Shown here: piece after piece, positions 37,520-52,136 of the stretch | Position numbering within the stretch: the stretch's first letter is position 1 | Layout of the letters: each line of letters opens with the position of its first letter | Assembly (NCBI GenBank): GCA_001724245.1 | Contig: MEDX01000013.1 | Span: forward strand, 1-52,136 | DNA length: 52,136 nt | Direction of reading: 5' to 3' | Origin: Fonticula-like sp. SCN 57-25 | Taxonomy: Eukaryota | Made by a program: the position numbers and the translations under genes | The notes under the pieces: generated by a model | The model's database searches: none | What the model was told of the DNA's origin: nothing | What the model saw: the letters and a program-made list of their open reading frames with translations, nothing else

Positions 37520-38739
37520 ATGCCTATGAACCCGCTGCGGCGCCTGCCGCTGCTTGCTGGTGACAAACTCGACCCGAACGCGTCGTTTCACCCGCAGACA
37601 TGGGAGGACCTCCCCGGTATCGCAATCGACTCGGTTCAGACCGACCATCTCAAGGGCGTCCCGCTGAGGCCGGGCAAAGTGATCCCTTCCGAGTACGCTT
37701 TTACCACTATACTGTGACAGTTTTCTTGCTTTCGCCATTTCTTGTGTCGTTATTTGCTAGTGATCATACTCTGTTTTTGTTTTTTGGCCGCCGTTTCCGT
37801 TTTTCTGACGCTGTTTTCAGCACTCCACGTAGCCGCTGCTTTGGCCAGAGCGTCTCTCTCTACGACACTGATCAACTGACCGGCTTGCGCAATGGCGAAC
37901 CCAACGCCGACTCTTTCGGCGCCTTTCTAGCTGGCAGCGGTGCCGTGATGTGCATCGCCGATGGCGTCGGCTGGGGCGTCGGCCCGCAGCTCGCCTCGCA
38001 GCACGCCGTCGAAGGCGCGCTCGCCTTTCTTCAAAAAGAGGTTGCCTCGGCCAAGACCGTCCGCCAGCTCGGCCACGTCCTTCACGGCTCGATGCGCTCC
38101 GCCCAGCGCCGCATTATCACGCAGGGCGGCACTCTTACCACCTTTCTCGTTTGTGCCGCGGCGCGCCTCACCGGCTCGACCGACCTCGTCGTCGTCGCGT
38201 ACAGCGTCGGCGACTGCCGCGCTTTTGCCGTCAGCCCGACAAAGTCGACGCGCGAAGTGACCGTGCTGCGCTCGCGCTCCGACATGCGCGACCCCGGCGG
38301 CTGCCTCGGCTTTGCTATTGGCGAGGAGCCCGACCTTGCCGGCGCGTCGTACCACGCCGTCCGGTGCGCGCCCGGCGACATCATCGTGCTGTGCAGCGAC
38401 GGTGTGCACGACAACTGGGACCCGACGGTGCGCCGCGCGCCGCGCGAGCAGTGGGAGTCGCCCGGCAAGCCCGAGATGACGGCCAGGATAGGGTACGCGT
38501 TGCGGCACCTGCGCACGGTGGCGGCGGCGGGCGTCGAGCACAGGGACGCGCAGGCCATCGTCGGGTCGCTCATTGCCGATTTGGATTCGGTCACGGGTGA
38601 TAACAGGGCAACGCTGGAGAAGCTCACGCTAGAGTACAAGGATTTGCCGAGGGGGGAGAGGTCGAGCAGGATTATCGAGAGGCTCAAGGAGTGCCCGGGA
38701 AAGCTCGACCACGCCACAATCCTCGCCTTTATCCTATGA
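37520..38739 (+). CDS. PP2C-like domain protein (CG9801-like)
   Basis: GQSVSLYD..GEPNADSF, CIADGVGWG, SVGDC, DPGGCLG, CSDGVHDNWDP, GKLDHAT. Intron 37693-37820. Confidence 0.82.
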
Positions 38740-38969
38740 CATTGGTAGTAGACTTTTGTTTTGTCATTATTGTTCGTTGTTAATTTTGTTGTTTATGCAT
38801 CAGTATCGCACTCGTTTTCTGTCTTTGAAAACATTTTCCGTCATTAGTTTCCACAATAGACTATGGTCATCTTTACGTGCACATTGCATCATATATTGCA
38901 TCATATAGTTTAGCATTAATTTGCTTACATCCCATAAAAGTACACTATATACAACCGCGCACGACTCCG

Positions 38970-41044
38970 CTAATGCTGCGCCGCCTGCCTTGTATTGAAC
39001 TTTGCGATAAGCACGAGCGTGATCACGATGACAACGGTCGCCTGAAACAGGATGATGCCGTCGATTGCCTCGGCCATCCTTGCGGCCCGGTCGACCATCG
39101 GCGCCAGCCCGTCGTCCCAAAACACGAGCCACATCGACGCCAGCAGCGACGCTAACCAGGCGTGGTCCGAGTACCACGTGGCCCCATTGTAGAGCGTCCT
39201 CGCCTCGGTCAGATTCCGCTCGACGCCGATGCCATAGTGGTGCATGTAGCCGAGGTTGAACAGCGCGCGCGCAAATTTGAGCTCGCGGCCCGCCACAGAG
39301 TACAGCCCGGCGGCCTTGACGTGGTCGCCGAGCGCAAAGTAGTGGTCGGCAAGGCGCGCCGTTCCCCATGCGTCACCGGCGAGCGCGGCGCGGTGCCACT
39401 GCCGCAGCACGTCCTCGCTCAATGTGTCATTGAAATCATCGGCGCTGCGCTCGAGTGACTGCGCCTGCTCGAGCAAAAAGGCATAATTGTGGACGGCGAG
39501 TGTCACACCGTATTCGCTGAGCGCGGCAAACTGCGCCTTTGCGGCCCCAATGGCGCCCTCGAGGTACGCCGAGAGCGCCTCGTCCATGCCGACCCACGGC
39601 GCGTAGGCGAGCGCGCGGCGGTAGTCGGCGACGGCGGCGGTGCAGTTGGGCTCGGTCATGATGCCGAGGTACGCCACGCGCGCCACCCAGTACGAGCCGA
39701 GCGGATGGCCGCCCTTGGCAGCCGCGCGCGCTTTTTCAAGGCCAATGACGGCGTCTGGTGCGACGCCGCGGCCAAGCAAATAGTCTTCGGCGACGAGCGC
39801 GAGGCCAAGAGGGCTCTTGAGGGCGGCGCTGCGGGCGTGTAGCTCGTGCGCGCGCACATGGTCAGCAGAAAGGCCAGCAAGGCCGACGCGGTGCAGGTGC
39901 GCCAGCTTGTCGATGCTGTCCGTGTCGTCGGCCTCGGCGCCCGCCTCAAACTCGCGGACGGCGCTCGCGTTGTTGGCCCGTGTGCCGCTCCCGCTCAAGT
40001 ACATGTGGCCGAGGCGACCTGCCATGGGTCGTCAGCGACATTCAAGCAAAATATAAATGCGTACCGTGAGCCTCGGGGACGCCGCCGTCGGCCGCGCGGC
40101 GAAAGTGCTCAAAGGCGCGCGCCTCGTCGCGGATGTAGCCGTAGTGGCCGCCGAGGTAGACCTCGCCCATGACAAAGTCGGCCGCGGGGTCGCCAAAGAC
40201 GGCCTCGGCCTCGTACATGGCCGCCTCGTCTTCAATGCTCTCCATTGTCTCGACAAGGTCGTCGCGGGAGAGGTAAATGGGCTCGTAGCGCATCGAAAAG
40301 GCGTCGCGGAAAGAGTCGGCGGCGGCGTCCGCGGCGGCGCTCAGATGGTAGGCAGCCTTGGGGCAGTCGGCCAACACGCCCCAGCCGTCCGCAAAGCGCG
40401 TCCCGAGGACGGCGTGCGCCTCTGCGCTCTCGCGCGCCGCCATGTGATAGTATACGAGGGCGCGGGCTTCGTCGCGGGGAACGCCGAGGCCGAGCGCGTG
40501 CATCATGCCGAGGCGGAGCAGCGCGGCGGGCTCGCCGATCGACGCGGCATACTCGCAGAGTTCAAAGGCGACTTCGTAGTCGGGCGTGTCGGCAAACCAG
40601 CCGAGAAGATGGCCCTCAATGAGCATGAGGAGAGAGTCGACGTGACCAGCATTGTCGACCAGATCAGACAGATCATCGGCGACGGCATTGTAGACGGCGC
40701 GCCAGCTGCGACCGTACCGAAGGAACTCGCCATCCGCGACGCGCATCTTTTCCAACGCAATTTCATACGACTCTAAAAGCCAATTGTCAATAAAAAGAAT
40801 GTAAATAATAATGCGCACTGTCGGCTGCGTCCTGCAGCTGATCAGCCAGCTTGTACGTAGTTTGGTAAATAAGATCAGCTGACGGCGACACCTTGGACGT
40901 GTCGATGCCAGCGTCGCCAGTGCCCGCACCATCCTTGGCCGCCTTCTTGCCATCTCCCAATGCGCCTTGTGGTGAGCCCGCAAGGAGCAAAAAGAGGACC
41001 AGAAGCGCGGCCGGCGCAAAGGGCCGCCGACCTGCGCAGCCCAT
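38970..41044 (-). CDS. SEL1L: Sel1-repeat ERAD component (SEL1L/Hrd3-like)
   Basis: Signal peptide, multiple Sel1 repeats (LGMMHALGLGVPRD, LFNLGYMHHYGIGVERN) and a C-terminal TM segment. Introns 40773-40818 and 40019-40064. Confidence 0.82.
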
Positions 41045-41102
41045 TGTCAGCAGTGGTGTGACCGGACAGTCGCTTGGGAAACAATGACAGTGCGTTACGG
41101 TA

Positions 41103-41149
41103 AATCAGGCGTTCATCGCGGCAAATCAGAAAAATCAGGAGGGAATCAG
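41103..41149. promoter_or_regulatory. Array of four AATCAG motifs in a 107-bp divergent promoter
   Basis: AATCAG starts at 41103, 41124, 41133 and 41144. Confidence 0.55.
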
Positions 41150-41151
41150 CG

Positions 41152-42516
41152 ATGGCGGAGGCGCGCGTCCGGCCATGGCGGGCGCACGGCGAGTGGGCGT
41201 ACGTCTTTGAGCAGCTCTTTGACGGAAACCCGGCCGTCTGGGAAGGCGGCGTCACGCGCGTAAAAACGTGGATGACGCGCGGCCGCGTTCCTCTGGCTGT
41301 AGAAGCCACCGCGAGCTTTCGCGAGCTCCAGCTTCGCAACCTCCACCGCGTGGAGCATGCCGCCGGTTCGGCGCGCTCCGAGAACGAGCTCCGCCTTGCC
41401 ATCGGCATGGCCATTGTGCGGTTTGTGAATGGTGTGCTTGATACTGAGCAGCACGGCGCCGTTCCTGAGCCCATGTCGCGCCTCGCGCACAAGATCGCTC
41501 TCCCCCAAGTCTTTGTGGACCTGCGCCACGATGCGACGCACTCGCAGCTCCCCTCGCTCGCGATGCTCGTGGCCGCCTCCTTCCAGGCGGTCGACTGGCT
41601 GCGCTCATCTTACTGGGAGCCGCACCTGAATGCGCACGTCGGCTCTGACGATCTGCGCGATCTGTTTGCGTCGTATGGCGAGGCGCGCCGCCTTGGCGAG
41701 GATGGCGTGTCGCACCGGTGCGTGCGCCGCATCCAGCAGCACTTTTCTCTGCCCGACCAGCGCGACCGCGTAATAGCAGACCTCGTTGCCGTGCTCGAGC
41801 AGTCCCTGCAATGCGAGCTGTCCACGTGGATGCCCCTTCTTTCGTCACTGCAATCGCTGAGCGGCAACTTTCTCCCCCAGCTCCTCGACCGCACTGCGTC
41901 GCGCATCGGCGACCTTCAGCTCGCTGCCGTTGACGCCGACGCCTCCTCCGACGCGGCAGCGGCCGACGCGCAGTCCAAGCAGCGCCTTGAGCAGTGGTGC
42001 ATTGCACTGCTGCGCTGGATGCTCGACGTGCACCCGGCTACGCTCGCCAGCCCAGCGGCACTCCGATCCGTCCTGCTGGCCTGCCTCGATGACCCGACGG
42101 GCGTCCGCCTTTCAATCATTCAGCTACTCGCGACCCACGCGGCCAGTCCGTGCCGCGATGTGTGCGCGCGGCTCGTCTCGCGCGCCGAAGACGCCGACAA
42201 GGCAAGTGCCGCGGCGGTCGACGACGACTATGTGGCGGCCGCGGCGGCCAGGGCTGCGGCCGTGGAGCGCCCTGCTGGTGTCCACGTGGTTGAAACAGCT
42301 GTATCTGATGTAGCGCGCGGGCCGATGGCGTGCTGGGAACCTTTGCCAGAGTACGCGGGGTGCGCTCTCGGGTCGTTGCGCGGCGACGATGAGTGCTCAC
42401 TAGAAATGCCGTTTGGCGTGGCGGTGCACGAGCCAATTGCGGCGGCGGCGGCGGAAATTGGCGCAGAGCAGACGAAAAAGGCCGCGGCCAATGCAAAGCG
42501 CATCCGACTCTTGTAG
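41152..42516 (+). CDS. LAS1: Las1 pre-rRNA ITS2 endoribonuclease (HEPN)
   Basis: W.TRGRVPLAVEATA, MAIVRFVNG, HEPN motif VDLRHDATH, WLRSSYW. Intronless. Confidence 0.92.
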   Translation: MAEARVRPWRAHGEWAYVFEQLFDGNPAVWEGGVTRVKTWMTRGRVPLAVEATASFRELQLRNLHRVEHAAGSARSENELRLAIGMAIVRFVNGVLDTEQHGAVPEPMSRLAHKIALPQVFVDLRHDATHSQLPSLAMLVAASFQAVDWLRSSYWEPHLNAHVGSDDLRDLFASYGEARRLGEDGVSHRCVRRIQQHFSLPDQRDRVIADLVAVLEQSLQCELSTWMPLLSSLQSLSGNFLPQLLDRTASRIGDLQLAAVDADASSDAAAADAQSKQRLEQWCIALLRWMLDVHPATLASPAALRSVLLACLDDPTGVRLSIIQLLATHAASPCRDVCARLVSRAEDADKASAAAVDDDYVAAAAARAAAVERPAGVHVVETAVSDVARGPMACWEPLPEYAGCALGSLRGDDECSLEMPFGVAVHEPIAAAAAEIGAEQTKKAAANAKRIRLL

Positions 42517-42621
42517 ACTCTTTACTTGTACTATAATACATTTTTGTCCTAATTTCAGTGAAGCCATAACAACTCTTTATTTTTGCTTGTTTTATAGTAC
42601 ATTTTCGCCCACTTTACGACC

Positions 42622-45292
<2,671 letters not shown>

Positions 45293-45367
45293 ATCACGTG
45301 ACTTGGTATCTAATGTTCAATTCGTGAAAATTTGTCAATTTGACAAGTTTCTCGGTCGATTGCTAGC

Positions 45368-45970
45368 ATGGTACGCGCGGGATGGAGGGAACGGTCGCCG
45401 CGGCGCTGCGTGCTGACAGTGTATGTGCCCCGCGCACGTCCTTTCTCTCTTCTCCTCCTTTATTTTGTATCTTTTAGGGTGACGTTATAGACGCGCTCGA
45501 CACGGCAGCGCAGGGCGCCTCCAAGTTTATCGAGAACTACTACGAGCGTTACGACAAGCACCGCTCGGTACGCCGCGTGCGCGCGCGCCACAACGTGCTG
45601 CTAACCGCGCCGCGAATACAGCAAGTCGGGCAGTTTTACCACGCGGAGGCCGTGCTTTTGTGGAATGGAAATGTTGTTGTGACAAAGGGCGAGATTGAAT
45701 CGTACCTGCAGCGGTTACCCACATCGCGCCACACGATATCGGCCTTTGACTGCCAGCCCGTCATCGGTACGCGATCCCACTCTTTCCCTACAAAGCTAAC
45801 TTTAATGTTGTTCAGCGAGCGGAGCTCCGCCGTTTCCGCTTTTGGTGAATGTGTCTGGTGTCGCGCAGTTTGGCGACGCCGCGTCCAAGCCCTTTTCGCA
45901 GCAGTTTGTCCTCATGAGCCTCAACGGCACGCCATACGCCGTGCAGAACGACGTGTTCCGCTTTGTATAA
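45368..45970 (+). CDS. NXT1: NTF2-related export protein (NXT1/p15)
   Basis: FIENYYERYDKHR, LLWNGN, LPTSRHTISAFDCQP, FSQQFVL, DVFRF*. The first coding exon is the ATG alone. Introns 45371-45477, 45568-45620 and 45767-45815. Confidence 0.88.
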
Positions 45971-46353
45971 GGCGCGCGCCGGAAGTGTCCCACATGGCCG
46001 CACTCTTTCTTTCTTTCCCTTTTTGGTTCGAGCTCGAACGCTCTCCTGTTTCGTTTGTACAAAAATACTACTCGAGCGTCTCTGGCAAGCATAACCGTAC
46101 ATCAAAATTACATTGCGTTGCAAACAGCAGGCAGTCACAAAGACAAAATTGGCAAACTGAGGCTATAGAATATGAAAACAACAAGGCAAAACGAGACATT
46201 ACACTCTAGACACTCGAGCTCACACTGGCTCTCACCGCATTAACGGCGAGCCAGCCGGTCGATGTACAACGCAAGGCGCGATTCAACACAAGCAAACGAA
46301 AAGAGCGCGCGGCGCATCAGCAGCGGCCGCGCAACCAATAATATAATCATATA

Positions 46354-47530
46354 TTACACCGCCGACGTCGCGCCGTACGGGTCTCCGCGCGGCGACCACC
46401 TAAGTGGCTTCCGGTCGTCCTGCGTGTAGCGCGACGGCGACGGGACGTAGTCGCTGTCGAGCAGGGCGCTCGACGGGTCATCCTCGGCCCCCGACGAGCG
46501 CTTCCGGCCGGTCGGCAATGGCGTACTAATGCCCCCCTGGCTCCCGCCAGAGCCAATCACGAGCGGCGGCGGAGTATTATCGCGGCCGGCGTCCAGCCGC
46601 TGCGGGAGGTAAAAGAAGAGCAGGAGCAGGAGCGCGATGGGGACAATCTCGCCAAAGACAAGGTACGTTGCGACGCGCCACATCTGGCCGTAGTTGTTGG
46701 TCGGGTAGCCGAGCACATAAGACGCGCGGTACACAAAGCAGATAAAGCAGACGGCAGAGATGGAGCCGATCTGGCCGACGATCTTGCCGCGGATGTCGCG
46801 ACGCGAGTCGGGAATCTTGCGGAAGAGCCTCATAAGGCTGAACATCAAGCAAATATGTTAGAAACCGCCACTGGCGTGTCGAAAAGCGTACCTAATGCCA
46901 TAGTACACCGAAAGGCAGGCGAGGATCAGGGCGGCGATGCCGGTCGAGTACGAAAAGAGCGCGGCCCACTGGTACCGCGTCCCCACCATGCATGAGGCAA
47001 GGATAACGGCGAGTATGCCGCTCAGGTAGACGATGCCGTTGAGCGCGTACAGGACCCGCCGCGCCCAGACGATCTTGTTCTGCTGACCGGCGCTCGTGTA
47101 AAACAGCGTCATCCAGTAGTGCACCACAATGGAAAACACCGTGTAGTAGAACCAGTCGGGGATCAGCATGAGCATAAACAGCGACAGGATAAGCATGCGG
47201 TTCGCCGACTCGTCCGTGTCGCGCGTCCCGGACACTATCAAAAAGTAGACTGCTCGAACTGCGACCCCGTGGTGAGCGGGGCTGTAAATGCGGGGAGGGC
47301 GGCGTACCGAGCGACTGCAGGCTGACGAGGTAAACGATCATGAGACTCGTCCGCCCCAACGAGCGCATCATGCTCGTCCGCGGAATATTAACCCACAGCG
47401 ATTTTACCGTTGAAATGAACAGGATGGAGCTGAGGATCCAGAGGACCACGTAGGCGCCGAACGCCACAAGGTCATATATGAGCCAGTGGTGCGAGTCATA
47501 CCCGTCGCCGGGGTACGGGAACCCGCTCAT
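46354..47530 (-). CDS. 7-TM protein, TOM1/THH1/GPR137-like
   Basis: About seven hydrophobic segments. IPDWFYYTVFSIVVHYW, CFICFVYRA, GEIVPIALLL. Introns 47235-47307 and 46838-46891. Confidence 0.72.
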
Positions 47531-48410
47531 GGTGAGAAAGAGGTATACAACAGGGGCCCGCCACTCCTGCGCTGCCTAGGCCAGAAAGTGGAACGCCCGG
47601 ATGCCACCGAGGGTTCCCACGCAAGGTATGGCCTCCGCTGGGGACCTCGCGTCACAAGATCAAGACTAGGAATCTGCCCCTGACTCGATTCTGATTGGAC
47701 CAAGGCTGTTGCCACTTTCGGATTTAGCGATATTACCGATTTACGTCAGCGGGGGAGAATGAACGTGCCATACTATGAGAATGTGCGCGGTCGGCCCTAG
47801 TCTGTATGGTAAACTGGACGCGAAAGTACATGAAAACGTCTATAAGGGTTGCCGGCCGAACTCTCTGCCTGTGTATGCCGTCGGTCGACCTAGCCGTGGG
47901 TCAGGAGTCGCATAGAGCCCGACTATGAAACGCGTTTGATAATGTATGACGCTTTTGGTTTTGAGTTTATCTGCTATATAAAAATGGTGTGTGATGCAGA
48001 TGCGCTCGCGAACAACGCGTGTTTGACCAGTATATTCGCGAATGCTCTATCATATCATCAAAGCCATGTGGTCGAGAACGCCATATGGGGTGCCATGTGC
48101 GAGAAGACCACCTCAAAATGCCCCCGAAAATACAAGCCCGTGAGCGCTATGTGCTTCCTATTCGAATTCTTGCTGCACAGGCGTCCATCCACATGTGCAG
48201 CACGGAGCGCGTGCGGCTCTTCCTATCAGTTGTCTGGATTCCGAGCGGATCGACGCATCAGACAACTGACCAATCGGGTAGCTTGGATTGCTCGGTAGCC
48301 AATCAGCGGTGTCCTCTTCCCATTGTCGGCCAATCAGATGATCGAGGGCGCCACGCACTTCGCTTACACAGCACCTGCTCAGCACACCCCACCCGCGTCG
48401 TTGGCGCGGC

Positions 48411-50017
48411 ATGGCCAAGCCTCCGCTGCTCCCGCGAGCGGGCGTGACGTGGATCAACGGCGTGCTCCATGTTAACGTCGGCGTAGCCGTAATAGGTTTG
48501 TCTTTATATTTGTGGTTTGTTTTATGCTCACGAGTATTTGCAGGCAATGGCCCTTCCGGCCTGATGACGTCGTTCATGCTGTCGGGCAATCTCCCCTACT
48601 ACACACAGGCGAATGCGTACGCTCCGCGCGCACCCAATTTTTGTCAATATTGTTTTAACATGGTTTGTTTCTGCTTTTTAGTGAGGTGGCGCCGGCCGGA
48701 ATCCCGCGGTGGCTTCACAATCGCCTTCGTTCGCTCACGGGCTCGCTCGTTGACTGTGACCTCACAGAGCTCTCTGAAGGCCTCGAAGGCCGCGCCGGCC
48801 ATCCCGTCGCTGTTTTATTCGATATCCTCCAGCGGCCAAATGCCGACATCGGTCAGCAGCTTCCCTCGCTTCTCGAGTGGCGGCATGTCCCCGACCGCGC
48901 CGTGTCGCACATCCTCGTCGGCCGCGGGCCGGCCGGCGGCGTGCTTGCGAACGAGCAGAATGGCGCGCGTTCGCTGAGCTCTGCCTCGTGGATGGACCTT
49001 CCCGGCTTTTCCCTTGGCGACTGGCGCTCTGCGTCGTCGGGCCTTGAGGGCACGGAGCGCGTGCCGCTTGGCGACTTTGCCGACTATTACAAGGCGTACG
49101 CCCACGCGACCGGGATCGCCGACAACATGCTGTCGTACACGACGATAGAATCGTCGGCGTGCACGCACGATGGCTGGGTGCTGCGCGGCGTCGTCGAGTC
49201 GCCGCTGTGCTCCAACCGCCTTTCTATCCAGATCAACGCTGCGTCGGTCATTGCCGCGACGGGCGTCTTTGACGTGGCGCGGTCGATCAAATTTGACGCC
49301 GCGCTCGGCGATGCGCACGACCTTGTCGTGCACGCGTACGGCAAGATCAAGGACGCGCTCTCACCCGAGGCGGCCGTCGTCGTTGTCGGCGGCGGCCTCT
49401 CGGCGGCCGATGCGGTGCTCGACATGCTTGCGCGCGGCAACCGCGTGTACCACGTCTTCCGCAGCCCTGCCGGCGTTCTCGACCGGTTGCCGGCGTCCGA
49501 GTACCCAGAGTACGCGCGCCTCGCCGTGCGCATGACAGAGGGGGCCGCTGGCGGCTACACCCCTCTGCCCGGGTACCACGTCGAGCGCGTCGCTGCCTCG
49601 GAAGGCTCGTCGCAGGGCTGCGAGGTCGCCCTTCGCGGCCCCAGCGGCGACGCACAAGTGCTGAGCGCGCGCCACGTGCTTGTGAGTGTCGGGTCGGAGG
49701 CAAGCCTCGCGTTCCTGCCCGAGGAAATTGTGCGCGGTGAGCCCGCGCCACGCGCAGCCCGCCCCATTCAGGTGGACCCCGCCACGTCGCAGTGGCCGGG
49801 CACGTCGACGCTGTTTGCCGTCGGCAGCCTGGCGGGCGGGCAGTTTGTGCGCTTCATGGTCGGGTCGTGCGCCGCTGCCGTCTCTACCCTTTTCCGTAAT
49901 AATGTCGTGACCGTTCCGCCGCGCCCTATTGCCGCGCCGAGCTCGTACACGTCATTCTTCCACTGCATCACGCGAATGGTGTGTGATGCTTTCAACTCGC
50001 CCGTTTGCTGCGAGTGA
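48411..50017 (+). CDS. OSGIN1/2-like FAD-dependent oxidoreductase
   Basis: VIGNGPSGLMTSFMLSG..PYY, LSEGLEGR..HPVAVLFD.L.RP, WMDLPG, VVGGGLSAADAV, YPEY, FVRF. Introns about 48496-48543 and 48617-48681. Confidence 0.88.
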
Positions 50018-50221
50018 GTGGGAACCTGCATTTTGCTTTTGCTGTACATTTTTCGCATCTTTCGTTGCGCGGCGACACATGGTTAAATGTGTTCGAGTGC
50101 TTATACTAGTGCCGAGTTTCTATGCATTTGCCGTTGCTATTGTAGGTAGTTATGATGCAATAAATGATATTATACAACCACTGCCGTGGGTGACCTGCTT
50201 CCGTACAGGTTTCCAAATTTC

Positions 50222-50269
50222 GAGGGAACCGGGATCTGACCGGATCCGGTTTGAGGGAACCGGGATCTG
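50222..50269. repeat. 17-bp direct repeat flanking a 12-bp palindrome
   Basis: GAGGGAACCGGGATCTG at 50222-50238 and 50253-50269. ACCGGATCCGGT at 50239-50250. Confidence 0.85.
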
Positions 50270-50830
50270 CGTCAAAAGCTGGTCAAAAGCCCCCTTTCGA
50301 TAGAAGCGGGACAGTTGCACATGTGAGATTATGGAATAGAAGCTTCTTTCAATAGGCCGATGGAAGACAAACAAAGCGCTGACGTGATACGTGCAATTTA
50401 CATATGATACTATGGTTGGTGGTTGCAACTCGGAACGCCTCGGCGGCCTCGGCGGTCGGGGGCTAGACGGGGGATAATCGTATGTTGTTTCGAGACCGTT
50501 CTCGGGATCAAAGTTGCACCAATCGGTCGAATCGTCCCTAATAAGGAAATAATATCCTTCCATAAAAGCCAGGACATATTGCCCTGACCGCATTTGGCAG
50601 TTGCGCTTTGGCCTGCCACAGGCTTGTACGATCAATTTGGTGAACGGCGAATTTACCCGAACCAATCATTTGACCCCGTTCGTCGGAAATTATATCGAAA
50701 TTGAGGTTTACGGCCACCCATCCCAAAAAGGAAGTTGCACTACCTAATTTGAACAAGAGTGAACAACATGACCCGCCCCCTAAGTTTCGACGAAAGAGTA
50801 GTTCCGGCCGTCACACCCGAGCCACCGGCG

Positions 50831-52136
50831 ATGGGACAGTCCAGCTCGGTACGCCGATCTCTCTTCTCCATAAACGGCAGCCTAACGCTCTTATTTGTGT
50901 TGTTTCCAGCGCGTAAGAAAAGATGGCATGAAGCGTGCCGCTAGCCACGGCGAGGTTTTAGTTTCCGCAACGGCACTCGAACGCGCAAAGTCGGATCTGT
51001 TCGCACGCGACCGCTCAACGTCCCTACCCGCCAACCTACTTCCACTCCGAGCGGCGAAACCGACGCCGTCAGAGTCGTTAGTATCTACGGTCAGTATGAG
51101 CCCCCGTTCACCGCGTTCCCTTGGCGACTTTGAGTCCCACGAGGAGGCCCACCACGAGGAGGAGGATCCAACTTTTTTGAACTTTGCTGATGACTTGTCA
51201 ATCGTCGTGGTCCAAACGCCAAGATCGAGCCAGCCGACGTCAAGAGTGTCTTCGCCAAACACATTACGAGGCCCTTCACGAGGTGTGGCCGTTCAGAACG
51301 CGGTTCTCGAGAGCCGGCTTGGCGTGGAGCGCCCCTTCTACAACTCGATGCACAACCTTTTCGTCGATACCACGATCGGCGACATGCAGTTGATACCGGT
51401 CCTCGAATGGTACGCAGAACAGGTTGCTTTATTTTCTATGTTTCTCACATTGTTTCTGCGCGCTTGCAGTGCCGCATCGATGGTTCGCTCCCAGATGGTT
51501 GAGCGGTTGCCTGCCAGCATCAAGGTGAACCCCATCTTTGATGAGCGCGAGCGCCTCGCAAAGCACGTCGCCGATTCCGTTTACAAGGACGAGCTTCCGG
51601 ATGTTGAAGAAGTTCTCAAGTTTATTGTGACCTTTTTCGAGGCGTTCCAGGTACGCGATGCCGCTCTCTGCTTTGCCCCATTTTTAACCACGTGCCCGCC
51701 AGCTGCCCGCCGAGCCCGTGCTGATCACGATGGTGTACATTGAGCGCGTCTTGAGCTCGACTGTTGAAAACGTTCTTTTATTACCGTGCTCGTGGCGGCC
51801 GATTGTCCTCGGCGCGCTGATGCTCGCTGCCAAGGTGTGGGACGACAGCGCAGTATGGAACGTTGATTTTCAGCACATCCCCGGCATGATCGACCTCAGC
51901 CCGGCGGACCTGAACGAACTCGAGCGCACCATGCTGTACATCATGGACTTTAACGTCAACGTCAAGTCGGCGGCGTTTACCAAGTGCTACTTTAACATGC
52001 GCGAGCACGCCATCTCGCACAACCTCGCATTCCACTGCCCCGATCTCGACCAGGCTCACCGGCAGGTCGAGATCCTCTCGCGGCGAAGCGCCCGCGCTGT
52101 TCGCCGGGCGTACGCGGGGAGGTCAACGGCGCGCGT
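50831..52136 (+). CDS. CCNY: Cyclin Y-like protein; 3' end runs off the window
   Basis: MVYIERV, WRPIVLGALMLAAKVWDDSAVWNVDF, LNELER, FNVNV..FTKCYF. First exon MGQSSS at 50831-50848. Introns 50849-50909, 51410-51469 and 51651-51702. Confidence 0.9.

Noticed and set aside
47761..47830. GCCATAC suggestive of a 5S rRNA start
   Set aside because: No continuing 5S similarity and no internal box C.
50150..50756. Minus-strand ORFs 50150-50665 and 50538-50756 as a gene or transposon remnant
   Set aside because: No recognisable domain, terminal repeats or consensus splice sites. Cannot be supported without a search.

Overview
Gene-dense, GC-rich eukaryotic nuclear DNA with about 27 protein-coding genes and about 75 short spliceosomal introns (mostly 45-110 nt), traced by hand. 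It is not prokaryotic, and I found no rRNA, tRNA, CRISPR array or recognisable transposon. Gene content fits a unicellular opisthokont-like protist (inference). Genes in order: RPAP1, mitochondrial SerRS, a 72-aa orphan, INTS13, ArgRS, a 577-aa orphan, a large Rab-like GTPase, a MYND-PH-PH-RasGEF, THOC1, TECR, Twinkle, a CHCH-like microprotein, vanin-like amidase, RNF121, a Cbf1-like bHLH-ZIP, NCBP3-like, MBOAT, RPN8, a small TM protein, a PP2C-like protein, SEL1L, LAS1, an RRM-DDX3-like helicase, NXT1, a TOM1/GPR137-like 7TM protein, OSGIN-like and cyclin Y. Most notable points: an almost invariant C at +4 of the 5' splice site (GTRCGY) with one GC-AG intron; a -1 frameshift inside conserved INTS13 sequence; Twinkle with an intact Zn-binding domain but degenerate primase motifs; two unusual Ras-signalling architectures side by side; many tiny head-to-head promoters with helically phased AATCAG arrays; and a 72-aa protein faintly resembling SYCE3. 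Family assignments come from recalled motifs, not database searches.
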